Assembly (NCBI RefSeq): GCF_001194135.2 | Contig: NC_068983.1 | Location: 127,335,960-127,395,560 of the forward strand | Reading direction: 5' to 3' | DNA: 59,601 bases | From: Octopus bimaculoides | Lineage: Eukaryota | In this document: positions 24,681 through 38,159 of the stretch, piece by piece | How the letters are laid out: the number at the start of each line of letters is the position of its first letter | How positions within the stretch are numbered: position 1 is the stretch's first letter | Position numbers and translations under genes: made by a program | Notes under the pieces: generated by a model | Told to the model about the DNA's origin: nothing | Seen by the model: the letters and a program-made list of their open reading frames with translations, nothing else | The model's database searches: none

Positions 24681-25912
24681 TACGTATTGACGAATATTTG
24701 ATTTGCTGATCAGTCGTGAGTTATTTTGCTATTTTTTTTTAATGTTCATAATATGTAGAACTCACAATATTCTTCAAAGAAATGCTTGACAGCTAGACGC
24801 AAATAGACAAACATCAATTGGAACAGCACTTTTAAAGCTGCTTTGCCCTTCTAATTACAAAGAATCATAACTGGTGCCAGCAGAACTTACAGCAAAACGA
24901 ATATGAAGAAAACGAAAGAATAGTCCGTAACAGTGAGGCGATCGCTCTCATCACCACCATTACCAATTTAAACAATACTGACATAAATAGCGATTAAAGC
25001 TCAGTAGAAGGCAATAAGACCAAGGGCGTGAAATTAAGGATATAGGGCTGAAATTCTATTTAATACATTTCTTGTAGCAAACGATGTTTCACAGATGAAT
25101 GCTCAGAAAACTTAGAAAGTTATATTAAATTCAGTAATAAGAGAAAACGTTTATAAAAGTGAAAACAAAAGCAACAACCTCAATTGCCTAGAACAGAATT
25201 AGCCTAAAGTCTGAAATGGGAAATAAAATACATTTATGCCCAGATCCGTACTCTAAATAGAATTAAATAGTCATCATCCCTTGTGGGACAAATAAGAAGT
25301 GAATTTAAAACCGTATTATGTATACACCACGAAAAAAGGTGACAAGCAATTCTCAGATAAGTGTGAACGCAAATGCAAACGGAAATTCGCGACAGTGACG
25401 TGCATCTTCAGAAAATAAATGAAGAATATTAAGTGTATAAACAATTACTATAGCTCACCATTACTCGCCAAAATAACACAAGCAATTAATAGAGTGCATT
25501 ACGCATTTGCTGATGCCACAGATTTCCGAAAGACTGTATTTTAACAACAAATATGATATATCAATGCATTTGATGAGTTTTGCAAAACCAATATAATTCT
25601 AAAGAATATGAACACATCCAAACCCATAATCTGTCCTTATTTCGTTTTTATTATATTCTTTTAAAAATATTGTGTTTTATGATACTAATTATGATTCCGC
25701 CCAAATATGTTTGTGCATGTATATATGTGTGAGTTTGTGAATAAGTGCATGTGCATTGTACGTAATTTTAAAACAAAGCTCAACAAACATATTCATATTT
25801 CTAAAAGCATCCTTCACAATCGCTTACATTTATTTTCTTGTTTTTAAGCCCTAATGAAAAGTTAGTATTGTTGTCAAACTTGAGCTGGTATGGCAATAAT
25901 ATTATCATCATT

Positions 25913-26469
25913 GTGTGAGAGAGCAGTGCATGCCATCAAAGTAATTCTCGGGTACAAACATATGAAGCCCAATATGCCCATCATGAATATTCGTCTAATA
26001 AGGGTACACAAGGTTCATACATCACAGCCAAATGAGCGCGAATGTTGATCTCATATCAATATAAATAGCACATGACCTTGCAAGTGGGGTCCAATTAGAA
26101 TTTTCTTCGGGTCGAGTAGACGATCCTGCTCAAAATATCCTTGAATAAGGGTTGTTTAAGAATATTGAACGACACACCCATTTTTCGAGAGGTGATTTAT
26201 TCAAACCCCGAGTAATTCCTAACAGCACATGCGTATGGTGCTCCTCCACTACTTCTGCTCGTGATCAGAGATGCATATATGGTTAGCCACCAAAGGACAT
26301 ACTCAACTGGGTGAGGTAAAATACCTGACAAGCAAATCTATGGTATTCAGCAGAATAATTGCTGTAGCTCATCTATTACACCAAGACAAAAACATATACG
26401 TGAAAACACATCGTACCAGTTAAGATCAAAAGCCACGGGGGCCAGTGCTTATTATTGCATCAGAGGATC

Positions 26470-26470
<1 letters not shown>
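25913..26470 (-). mobile_element. Non-coding interspersed element embedded in (AAT)n, copy 2 (opposite orientation to 88-608)
   Basis: Reverse complement aligns end to end with 88-608; flanked by ATTATCATCATT and (ATT)n. Confidence 0.8.
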
Positions 26471-26539
<69 letters not shown>

Positions 26540-26555
26540 GTTGTTGTTGTTGCTG
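26471..26555. repeat. (ATT)n/(GTT)n array
   Basis: Direct observation. Confidence 0.97.
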
Positions 26556-26980
26556 TTCTGTTTTCTACTGCCCATCGAAGCGTTCTTAATCGTTTCCTAT
26601 AACATACTTGCATAGAATCCCTACCGATCTTACAAATTGTATGGAGAAAAGGATGCTATAACATAACTCCAAGAATGTAATATTTTCCTTAAGGTCGTAA
26701 CATGAAAATTACAAGTGTCAACCTAAGAGCTTTAGTGCTACTTAATTTCGCGTCATTGGGAGGATTAAAACTTCACTGTGTGAGGATTTATAGTTGGAAT
26801 GCTGGAGCCGTAATAAATTTCGAAATACTAATACAGAAACGGCTCCTCCAAGTTAAAATTCTTGAATGTCAAACAGAAGTTACGCTCAAAATATTCCGTT
26901 TAAGTTCACTACTTTAAGAGATTAAGTAACCTCAACATCATAATTTCGTCGTTCAGTTATTGTACTGGGTTATAAATATC

Positions 26981-26982
26981 TA

Positions 26983-27044
<62 letters not shown>

Positions 27045-27055
27045 AACTACTACTA

Positions 27056-27089
<34 letters not shown>

Positions 27090-27152
27090 ATCTGCTGCTG
27101 CTGCTGCTGCTGCTGCTACTAATAATAATGATTTTAATGATAATAATAATAA
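26981..27152. repeat. Compound (CTA)n/(CTG)n/(AAT)n array
   Basis: Direct observation. Confidence 0.97.
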
Positions 27153-27164
27153 CGTTAGAATACA

Positions 27165-28025
27165 AAGGTAAGAAAAAAAGAAAAGAGGAGTGGGGAAATA
27201 ATAGTGAAGTAGTTCTCTCGATACTGGATGACCACTAGGGATAATCGATGAACTCCACCGTCCAAGATCGCCCTGAACACAAAGGGCAAGTGTCCTCTTC
27301 GTTTCCCTTTCTTCTACACTTAATATAATAATATCTACTGTTGCCATTTTCGCAACTTTCGCCCATATTTCAATAAACTCACTCGAGGACATTACATCCT
27401 TTTCCACCCTCAACTTCCCTTTGATGTGAAATTGGAAAAAAGTCATTGAGACATCTCCAAAGAGTACAATATATGTTCTCATGCGTTTCCACCTCGCCAA
27501 CCAGACAACGTTTTTTGCCACGGCCACCAGGCAAAGGAAAATTGACTTGCTTGTCTGATTAAAGGAGGGCGGCGGGGCAATCATCGATATGAACACGTCT
27601 GATGAACGGATCCGTTCCACACATGACAGCAGATATTCGATATAACCAAAGAAGTCAGCAATTTTCGGACACTGAAAGAGGGCGTGCAGAACGGTTTCGT
27701 CATTCTGCGTGCATCTTGGACAAGCCCATCTCAAAGTGCATCCGTGTTTGTAAAGACTACCACGAACCGGAAGCACCCCAATAGTAGTAGTCTCAGACTA
27801 AAAACATCTTGAAAATATCCATGATAAATCCCGCCCGGAAAGACTAGCCTCCGGAGTAGACTAGCCAGTTCGTTTTCGTCGACGTCCAGAGTCTCTACGA
27901 GAGCGTCGTCGCACTTCGCCGCTACTGATCCTCTATAAATTGCTAAAGCGGAACATCCACTGATCAAATTGTCCGACAGGTAGAGCGCTGTGATCGTCTG
28001 AAAACATTTAAGGTGCCAGGTGCCC
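27165..28025 (-). mobile_element. L1/Tx1-like LINE ORF2 3' end (C-terminal CCHC/zf-RVT region), frameshifted
   Basis: LPVRGSLYKHGCTLRWACPRCTQNDETVLHALFQCP (C-x2-C...H...C) preceded by IYRGSVAAKCDDALVETLDVDENELASL; polypyrimidine 3' region. Confidence 0.8.
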
Positions 28026-28029
28026 AAAT

Positions 28030-28033
28030 CATA

Positions 28034-28068
<35 letters not shown>

Positions 28069-28190
28069 AATATGAGGAGGAGGAGGGATTTAGGAAGAGC
28101 TGGTGGTGGTGGTGGTGGTGGTGGTGATGATGATGATGATGAGGATGATGATGATGATGATGATGATGACGACGACGACGACGACAACAA
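28030..28190. repeat. Compound (GAT)/(GAG)/(GGT)/(GAC) array
   Basis: Direct observation. Confidence 0.95.
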
Positions 28191-28563
28191 TGTTGATGTA
28201 CAGTTGTTACGGCCCATTATCTCTACGGTGTTTCAAATAGGAATATCTATTTTTGAGTATGTTATGAAGTATTAGTTGCCACGTTACGATATTTCTCCAA
28301 ATATAATGTGCTTTCAAAATATTATAGGAGACAAAACAGAATGTAATTGGTGGTGGAACAGATTTTAGATAGATTACAAAATCTAATAAAGTAACATAAA
28401 GCAAGTTGCTAATTCCAGAATCTTTCACTTACATTTCATAAGTGACAATCACTTAGTTAACTCATAGAGTTAACATATCTAATTTAGCTTTCCAAATTTC
28501 AGTACATTCACAACTGATAATGTTGTGTTAATATTCAAGTCCGTTCGGGCAAAAAAAAAAAAA

Positions 28564-28635
28564 CATCAATACGGCTCTACTATTTTCATCAATACGGCTC
28601 TACTATTTTCATCAATACGGCTCTACTATTTTCAT
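28564..28635. repeat. 23-bp tandem repeat, 3.1 perfect copies (CATCAATACGGCTCTACTATTTT)
   Basis: Units 28564-28586, 28587-28609 and 28610-28632, plus CAT. Confidence 0.97.
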
Positions 28636-28789
28636 GGAATTTGTATTTCCAGAAAATCCTATATAAGGATGCCCTACATATAGTATGATCTGGATAAATG
28701 TCACAGTTTCCATAAAACGAAAAGAAAACACATTATCCCATTCAAAGATAAGTGTATTGTTAAAGATCAAAATATATCAAGTAGATTAA

Positions 28790-29480
28790 AGCTGAACTCA
28801 GCCTCCAGCACGGTCTGAAAATAACTCTGGAAACTGTCACTCTCCTCCTTCACTCTTTCCCTGGGAAAATCTTCGAACATCTCCAATATCTTGGCTACCA
28901 AATTGGTATTGGTGCTACAGACAGAGCGATTGGTGTCTTCCGCAATGATATTTTTATATAGCTATCCGTACGATTACAATCAAGGGAATTAGGTAATCAG
29001 ATATTTGGGCCCTTGAAGATATAGAATTTCTCTGCCAATCACTTTTGACCCTTTCCAGAATTATGGTAAGGAGCTGATTCCTGCTGTCACGCATATTGAC
29101 TTTAAGCCACAAATCTCTACAGATACGATTTGACTATTATCTCCAGCATGGTCTGGTATCAATCTGGATCGAGCCTAAGTCTCTGTTCAGAGATGGTGGA
29201 TGAATTCCAGCGCAAAGACGCAGTCAGAAAACCTGCTGTGTCACTTCCTACTGATCCCATCTTTATAGACTCCTTTGATTTTATCCATGTTGCACCTTAC
29301 ATTTTTTACAATGTTCACAGAGAATTAAGCAGCAGCCAGTTAGGGGCAATTCGATACTTAGAGCAAATCAATTGGCCTCCAGCCTTCCACAACTAGAACT
29401 CAAGCTTATGTTTACGCTCTCCAAAACCGATGACTGCTCAGAAATACATCGATCTGTTCCTGAAAAAAGGAGACATAAAG
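28790..29480 (+). mobile_element. Possible CR1/L2/Jockey-group LINE RT C-terminal remnant
   Basis: EHLQYLGYQI and VDEFQRKDAVR...FYN weakly resemble L.YLG and LD..QRKA.R...FY motifs. Confidence 0.35.
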
Positions 29481-29532
29481 GAATCAATTTTAGGTCCGTC
29501 GTCCTTTATGAATATAGGCGCGTGTGTGTGTG

Positions 29533-29810
29533 AAGGTTCATGGCTTAGTGGTTAGGGCATTTGAGTTACGATCATAAGGTCGTGAGTTTTACACACAGCA
29601 GGACGTCTTTTCCATTAATAAGGCACGGTATTTCCCATTGTTCCAGTCTACTCCTCTGGGAAAATTGAGGAGAAGCTGTATATCAAAGGACCAGCCTCAT
29701 CTCATTCTGCGCCTCGCTGAATCTCCCTGAGAATTACGTTAAAGTGACGCGCATCTGTAAAGCTGCTTTGTTGTCGGAACGCTATTCGTCGTAACCGACA
29801 GAGTGCCGGC
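29533..29810 (+). mobile_element. tRNA-derived SINE (third family)
   Basis: A-box CATGGCTTAGTGGTTAGGG and B-box-like GGTCGTGAGTT; body GCTGAATCTCCCTGAGAATTACGTTAA...CGTCGTAACCGACAGAGTGCC. Confidence 0.7.
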
Positions 29811-32800
29811 TTGCATATATATGGCAAGTATCTATTTACTAAGCCTCGAGGCTTGTTAAAATTGTTGTTACTTGTGTATGTGCCTCTCATGTGATTTTAA
29901 TCTAGGTAAAGGTTTGTAAGATTGTCAACACCGAGGACACGATACAAACCGTTACAATGATCCGCCAGGATCGCATTTATGTATTTTGCCACAGTTCTCT
30001 TTTCCTGAAGACGAATCAGCCGCCAACTCACCAGGATTTGAATTGCTATACGCACACAAGCACAAACACACAGGCAAGCACACACACACATATTAAATGA
30101 TATAATTTCTTAATGATAATACGGAAATTGAATTAGTTTGATAATAATAAACTAAAGAAACATACTCTGAATTGGAAAAATGCTAAGAATCAAATATATT
30201 AGAAGTATTTTCTAAAACATAATCATGCTTAACGTGAGTTGGCCTATATCATACACGTCCAGTAATAAGTTTTGATGTATGTACCTTCACCGAATATCTT
30301 ATGGATAGAGATATTCGTAGTATACACACAATTCAAGCTCACCGGATTTTTATTTCATGATAATTTTCTTTGTGATTTTTTTGCGAGAATCCTTTTATGC
30401 ATGTTTAGCTTGTAAAAGTATACTTCTAAACACTTGACTCTTCGCTGTCTATGAATATATCATTATGGGTATAACTATGCTGGATCGAATTAACAAAATG
30501 CAACACTCGTTCCTTGACATAATCTTGACGACAATTACAGTGTTAATACCAATTATTCAGGATTGAAGGGAACAGCCCTTGTCCTTTTATGTTCTGCAAA
30601 TGAGGGAAGGCAATATTCGCAAACCTATGGCAGGAGTGTTAATGTGACATTCGGAAACCGAAGCTCACCCTCAACAACTTGTTGATGAGCGAACTTGTAT
30701 TAATTCTACCAAAGACCATGCCGTGTTCTTAAACTGAATAACTTTACAACAATTTGAATTCCTAAATTTCTGGGGGATTTCGAACACCAAAATCCAACCT
30801 AATATTAGAAAGCTTTCATTTAAACCTTCGAATATTTCGATCAGTCCATCGGCTTAAACTGTTTCTGTGCTTACTGACACCTGGAATCTGAAAACAAACT
30901 TGTACTTGATGGATTTTGAAATGGAAAAGCAAACAGGTGGAATATATTTTGAGAGGTATGATATCTAATTTTCTTCCAATTCACCTATTCATAATCATAT
31001 GCCATTGTGTCTTTCTCATATTAATAATACAGTTTTCAGATTGAAAAATGATTTAATCAGATTATAAGTTAACTGAACATTGGTTAATCTTAATTCTCTA
31101 AACACAGAGTCTTAATAATTTCGTTACAGTTGTTTCTTTACAGTAACTCATCTATTACCGATCAAATCTCATTGTTATTCACAAATTCTCCTTTCCAGCA
31201 ACTCAGCCTTGTATCGCGACATTTCGCTCTGCTTTCATTCGACGGAAGGGCGAGGAGAGAAACAATTCCAAGCTCTTCGAGCATAGAATTTAATAAGGCT
31301 TGCACAATGTAATGCAGGTAAAGTGTAGTTCTTCATTTCGTTAACTATTAGAAAAACATAAAGGTGATAATCTGACAAGAAGGCAATTAAAAAGAAAAAA
31401 AGAAAATGGGAGAAAATATGAGGTTTGAGAAAAGAGTAAAATGTATTGAAGCGTTAGCGAACTGGGTCCAAAATATGGAGGTAGATGAGGTGTGGAATAA
31501 AATATTAATTACATCCTTAAATAGAAAATCTCAGTGATTTAGACTGTTGCCCTATCACAATCATTTCCCCTTCCTTTCACGCAAATACTCTAACTTCTCA
31601 CAATGCTCCAACCTCTCATAGTACTCCAAATCCGACGTGAAACTTTTATTACCAGAGTAGCTTGCTTATTGAAATTAGAATACATATTTAATTTCGCCTA
31701 AACCTTTCATACTGAAATTTTAAATTGATGGTTGAACACTCTAATGTCATTTACTATTTCCTAAACTCTATTCACATCTCTTCATGTATATATAGAAACC
31801 CCATTGACTAAATAACGTTTTTCCTCCTCAGAATAAATAATAGAACACACATGAATCTTTCAAACACTAATGCTATAAATATTATTCAAAACCAGTTGCC
31901 CTATCAGCCGAAATGGCTTAAAGCACATACCATGATTTTATATACTTCACATGATTTTTATTATTAAAGTCATTTTGAAATATGACATTTCAACTGGTAT
32001 ATAATTTCCACCTTACGTTATTGGAGCTATTAAATCATTTATAGTTTCATTGATTCTATAGAATCATGCAAAATATAAACGTATAGATTCGTTTGAAATA
32101 AATGAGGTTTCGGCGAAATAACTGGATGATCACAACATCAGCGTCTCTATTATCGCTGCGTTTTGTAAACTATCTCTTTTCGCATTTCAATAGCGATTTA
32201 GTATCAACCATATATTGCACACTTCGTTAATGATATTTATGTTATTTTACGTTTTCGCTATATATTTTTCAGAATGGCAACAGCAAGTATGCCTCTCCAA
32301 AAATAGTGTTTTGATAGAGCAGTATCTTTTCCAAGTATAGTGTAGCTAAGTCTATCAAATGTGTCCTTCTTACACTATGAAACATATTTCGACAACAACA
32401 ATTTTTTTCCACGAATTTACGTTATTTACAATGGAAATTTATATAATGTCTACTATGCTGTGAACATTCTCTTATTTAAAGCTACATGTTACTGCTACAC
32501 AGTGTATACAGCTATATTATTTAGGTATCTAGCTATGTATCTGCTTACTAAAAACTTCTTTGTTTAAAAACATATCTGTACTTTCATTGTAATCAGGTGA
32601 AAAAATAAAAATAAAATGTGAGCTTTGAGCTGTCTTCTAGTTCGTGACTAGTTTAATTAAAATATACTTCCATTGATAGCAAGCGTTTCTTTTCTTTCGT
32701 GATGTTAATTAAGCAACATTCTATTTCTTAACGCAACCTTTGTTTACTTGACATTTTTCTTCATGGCAAAATGTCTCAGCTTCTGTTAATTATTTTGTTA

Positions 32801-34135
32801 TACGAAACCCCATACAATTATGTTGGTGATTATTCTGCCTTGATTATCCATTACATTTCAAGAGTTTGACTTAGTACGCGAGACGAACATGATTTTAAAT
32901 TTAATAACAAACAGAGATGTGTTTGGTCACATCGCCCTGCAAGAAAAAGAAAATCATACTTCCTTTAAATGAAAGAAAATTCTATTTTAACTAAACGCAA
33001 GTGGGATTAGTAAGCATGAAAAAGGAAATATTCTATTGGTGACGCTGAAACGGTTTTCTTCATCATCTTGTTCAGACATTTGCCTATATAACCAGCTCGT
33101 CAAAAATAGGGACGTAGACATACACTTCTTCCAAAACAATGCCGGATACCTATAATAAATAGTTAATCATTTAGTCGCAGATTAAATTAGAAAGGCAGGG
33201 TAAAGCCTAACAGTGATATTAACCAATGCTAAACTCCCAATAACGATTTACATGATTGCAGTATTAAATGACATATCATGAATTATTGCACATTTAATAA
33301 TTAAAGCCAGTTGCTTCATATTACTTGAGCTTCATTTCGATATAGTGCAATAGAAAAAACAAAGCTCCCTACAATGTATTAGGTCTGTCTCCAGGGTAAT
33401 GGGAGTATCTGAGTTTGTCATCACGCAGGTAGTGCATGAAGACATTCGGTATTCCTCATACAAGATGAAAAAAGGCAATTTTTATCCCAAGCCATCAAGG
33501 ACAAGTGAAGAAACCGTGCTACGAAGCTTTTGAACAAACTCAAGTATCCCTTCCTGTTCGGTTGGAAGGGATACTTGAGTTTTCTAGAAATAGATACATA
33601 GAAATCTGCAATATAAAATTGTGTAAATCTTGCTTTATTCTTATTTCTAATTGCTTTAAACTAGTTACCAACTTCTATACTATTGGACCATTGTATTAAA
33701 TTAATTGCCCCTATAACTTTAGCATTAATTAAAAAAAAAAAGAAAATACCTTACTAATTATACCAACTTCTGATTTTGCAGTGTTAATTAGTCTGCATTT
33801 TGGATTATATAGGAAATTCTTTTTATGGTCTTCAATAGTTATAAAGGCCTCTCTTTTTTTCTTTTTTTTTTTTGGAAGGATCTTTACTTTTTATCTACTC
33901 TAAACCTAGCGAGGATGACACTAGCTTTTTATGATTGTCGTTATCATCTAGGGGGCTAGCTTTAGTGTAATTTCTAATAACATTATTTTGTAGGAGTTGT
34001 GAGTATGTGCTGTTGTCTACACGGCATATGTGATATCCAGAATAGTTTGTACTTGCAAACATACATGCATACATACATACAAAAATACATATATACATAT
34101 ATGCATACCCACATACGTACATGAATATATATGTC

Positions 34136-34199
<64 letters not shown>

Positions 34200-34225
34200 T
34201 GTGTGTGTGTGTGTCTGCGCGTGTG
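34136..34225. repeat. (TA)n/(TG)n tract at the 3' end of the RTE element
   Basis: Direct observation; reads (CA)n in RTE sense. Confidence 0.95.
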
Positions 34226-37200
34226 TGACGACTGCTCCCTCTTGACAGACGATAGCCATCCCATCAACAATCCACACATATCATCACGCAGTACAATCAC
34301 TCCGTTGGTGAGCCCTCAAGTGACTTTGAAGTCCGGCTGCTGAGCGGCAATGTCTACAGCACAGATGACAAATGTTCAGGCCTCTCGATCCTTGCTCGCT
34401 GGCATCTGATCCTAAGAAAACGCCTCTGTGAACCAGCATATGTCTCTTAAGTCCGGGTATTGTTTTACAAACGTTGTGACATATGCCACAGGTCGCAGAA
34501 GGCGGTTGGTATTTAGGGTGTCTGGAATTTCTACCCTCATGTGTTTTCATGTGATTCACATATCCTGCTTTTGAAAGAAGAACGCGATCACACACAACGC
34601 ACATCCTATACTCTCCATTGTTTACAATTTTTCCCTTTCGACAGGCCCGCTTAAGCTCAAGTTGCTGAAACATCTTTCCCTCCCAGACATCACAGCTCGT
34701 CCTGACAACAGCTCTCCACTTGCTTCGATCCAGAACATCTTCCCAATCACTTTCATATATATCTAGTTTTTTTAGGTTTTGTTTAATGCANNNNNNNNNN
34801 NNNNNNNNNNNNNNNNNNNNNNNNNNNNNNNNNNNNNNNNNNNNNNNNNNNNNNNNNNNNNNNNNNNNNNNNNNNNNNNNNNNNNNNNNNNNNNNNNNNN
34901 NNNNNNNNNNNNNNNNNNNNNNNNNNNNNNNNNNNNNNNNNNNNNNNNNNNNNNNNNNNNNNNNNNNNNNNNNNNNNNNNNNNNNNNNNNNNNNNNNNNN
35001 NNNNNNNNNNNNNNNNNNNNNNNNNNNNNNNNNNNNNNNNNNNNNNNNNNNNNNNNNNNNNNNNNNNNNNNNNNNNNNNNNNNNNNNNNNNNNNNNNNNN
35101 NNNGTATATTTTTGCATCAAGACCACCATCTCTTGACAGTGTGGTTCCAAGGTAAACAAAGGTGTCAATGACTTCTAATCTTGTTCCGTTCACAAATATG
35201 TTTGGTTCAGTATATATTTGTCCAGGTGTGGGGGTAAACATTACCTTGGTTTTTCTCAGACTTACTGTGAGTCCAAAATATGTACATGCAGTGGAAAATC
35301 TATCCATTAGATGTTGCATATCTTCCTCTGTGTGTGCTAGCACGTCAACATCATCAGCATAGAGCAATTCTCTGACAAAAACTGTGAAAACCTTTGCCTT
35401 ACAGTTAAACCTGGTCAGATTAAATATGCTACCAGATGTCCGGAATCTAATTCCGATTCCCCTATTACAATCCTCAAATGCATATCAAAGCAATGTGGCA
35501 AAATATATAGAGAAAAGTGTAGGGGCAGGAATATCTCCCTGTTTTACACCGTTGTCCACTGAAAATTCATGAGATAGATTACCATTAAACACTACCTGAG
35601 CTTTCATGTTGCTGTGCAACTTCTCGAAGAGGCTCACAAAATGTGTCGGGCAACCAAGTTTGCACAAAACAATCCACAGTACGTCCCTGTTTACCGTGTC
35701 AAATGCCTTAGGTAGATCTATAAAAACCTAGTATAGTGGCATTTGTTCCTCTAAATATTTCTCCTGGACCTGCCTTGCAGAGAATATCATATCTCCCGCT
35801 CGGGTCTGAAACCACACTGTTCCTCAGGAATCACATGTGGACACACATTCTCCACGAGACGTTCTAACATGATCCTCGAAAGTATCTTCCCAGTATGTGC
35901 CAGGAGAGTTATTCCTCTGGAATTACCACACACTGACTTATGTCCCTTATATAGGGATTAGAATGACGTTTATCCATTCCTGTGGCACAGAGGACTCAGT
36001 CCAAACTTGACACAACAGGCTATGAATTTCGGAGGATATGTGATCCCCACCTGCTTTCAGAATTTCAGCTGGAATACCATCCAGCACAGGAGCTTTGTTG
36101 GATCTCAGTTTCCGTATTGCCAGTTTTACTTCTTCAATGGAAGGCGCATCGTCCATGTGTTGCATTATCACTCTTTGGGGGATATTATTTATGACATCCA
36201 TGTTCACTACAGATGGATTATGGAAAAGTTCCGCAAAATGCTCCCGCCATCTGCTCATTATTCCAGGAAGACACTTAATAACCTCATTTCCGTCTTTTGA
36301 TTTCAAGGGCACATACGTTGAGGACTGCGGTCCAAAAGCTTGTCGAAATAAGCCGTACAAGTTTTTAATGTCTTTCCTTTCATAAGATGCCTGTATTCCC
36401 TCAGACAAATTGCTCCAACAGGTATTTTTGAGCCTCCTTAATTCCTTTTGCAGTTCTGCTTTCTGCGCTCTGTATACCTTTTCTAGTTTTTCTTTGCCCT
36501 TAATGTTTGGGTTAAGAAGTTTTTCATAAGTAGACCTCTTCGTTGCCAGTAGCTCATTTACCATTGCATCATTGGAGTCAAACCAATCTCTATGTTGTCT
36601 CCTCTTAAAACCCAGCACATCCGCTCCAGCCTTATATAATCCTTCTCGAAAAGATTGCCATGAACCTTCAAAATAAATATTACTGCCTCTATCCCGAAAT
36701 AGCTGTGAGACCTGTGGCTGTTTATGTTGTCCTACATAAATTCTTTGGGGGACTTGCACACCTGCACTGCGCTTTCTTGTACGAACCCTGAATTTGAACT
36801 TAGCCCTAACCATTTTGTGATCAGTATCACAATCAGCTCCTCGCAATACTCTGAGACTACACAAATCCTGTAGGTCAGATATCCGAGTTAATACAAGGTC
36901 AATAATGTGACCTTGCTTTGATTTTGGATGAATCCAGGTGACTTTATGTTTCAGCTTATGGGGCAAAAATGTGTTCCCAACAGCCAACCCTAGTTCAGAG
37001 CACATTTGTAGCAGGTGTAAGCCATTTTTGTTCACCTTACCTATTCCATACCGCCCAAGTATATTCCAAGCACTATTGTCGCTGCCAACACGTGCATCGA
37101 AGTCGCCGAGCACAACCAACTTCTCATTCAGAGGGACTGAGAGGATACTACTTCTAAGTTCCTCATAGAATGCATGGATATTTTCTTCATTTGCTGAGAG

Positions 37201-37339
37201 TGTGGGAGCATAGATGGAGAAAACAGTCACAAAGCGTCCACAAGAGAGAGGGATCCGGAGTTTCTTCATGCGGTCATTTATACTTTGTGGTTGTTCTAGG
37301 TCTTTCAGTAAATTACTTCTAATTGCAAACCCAACACCA
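34226..37339 (-). mobile_element. RTE-clade LINE, near full length but disabled (APE endonuclease, RT, three C2H2 fingers)
   Basis: APE motifs GVGFAI, IYAPT, LGDFDARVG, TWIHP, DTDH; RT motifs NSRGITLL, FIDLPKAFDTV, GVKQG, LYADD, FVYLG. Frameshift near 35945, in-frame stop near 35730, gap 34791-35103. Terminal TGA at 34284-34286. Confidence 0.95.
34308..34601 (-). pseudogene. Three tandem C2H2 zinc-finger motifs at the RTE ORF C-terminus
   Basis: CVVCDRVLLSKAGYVNHMKTH (34539-34601), CGICHNVCKTIPGLKRHMLVH (34428-34490) and CHLCCRHCRSAAGLQSHLRAH (34308-34370); each is C-x2-C-x12-H-x3-H. Confidence 0.9.
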
Positions 37340-38023
37340 NNNNNNNNNNNNNNNNNNNNNNNNNNNNNNNNNNNNNNNNNNNNNNNNNNNNNNNNNNNNN
37401 NNNNNNNNNNNNNNNNNNNNNNNNNNNNNNNNNNNNNNNNNNNNNNNNNNNNNNNNNNNNNNNNNNNNNNNNNNNNNNNNNNNNNNNNNNNNNNNNNNNN
37501 NNNNNNNNNNNNNNNNNNNNNNNNNNNNNNNNNNNNNNNNNNNNNNNNNNNNNNNNNNNNNNNNNNNNNNNNNNNNNNNNNNNNNNNNNNNNNNNNNNNN
37601 NNNNNNNNNNNNNNNNNNNNNNNNNNNNNNNNNNNNNNNNNNNNNNNNNNNNNNNNNNNNNNNNNNNNNNNNNNNNNNNNNNNNNNNNNNNNNNNNNNNN
37701 NNNNNNNNNNNNNNNNNNNNNNNNNNNNNNNNNNNNNNNNNNNNNNNNNNNNNNNNNNNNNNNNNNNNNNNNNNNNNNNNNNNNNNNNNNNNNNNNNNNN
37801 NNNNNNNNNNNNNNNNNNNNNNNNNNNNNNNNNNNNNNNNNNNNNNNNNNNNNNNNNNNNNNNNNNNNNNNNNNNNNNNNNNNNNNNNNNNNNNNNNNNN
37901 NNNNNNNNNNNNNNNNNNNNNNNNNNNNNNNNNNNNNNNNNNNNNNNNNNNNNNNNNNNNNNNNNNNNNNNNNNNNNNNNNNNNNNNNNNNNNNNNNNNN
38001 NNNNNNNNNNNNNNNNNNNNNNN
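37340..38023. other. Largest assembly gap. Other gaps: 2917-2926, 18893-18956, 20106-20199, 21418-21520, 34791-35103, 42142-42662, 46667-47038, 47964-48036
   Basis: Runs of N; most abut TA/CA tracts and two lie in or next to the RTE. Confidence 0.99.
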
Positions 38024-38159
38024 CCCTAATTTATTCTCGGGTCATACTAAGATGACTGTGATTTGACAGTGTTTTGTCTTGTTGGGGACATCTGTACTTC
38101 ATTGGATTTTAGTAACAAACGCTTGTACAACACCTTTGCCACTCTCTAGGTCAAAATAG

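Noticed and set aside
11400-28025. A single L1/Tx1 element spanning the ORF1 relic (11.4-12.2 kb) and ORF2 end (27.2-28.0 kb)
   Set aside because: On the minus strand the ORF2 3' end lies upstream of ORF1, which is the wrong order, so these are independent insertions
28564-28635. CRISPR-like array
   Set aside because: No spacers, eukaryotic context and no cas genes
34308-34601. Host C2H2 zinc-finger gene
   Set aside because: The fingers lack TGEKP linkers and are continuous with RTE post-RT sequence (DRSKWR motif) and an RTE-type tail
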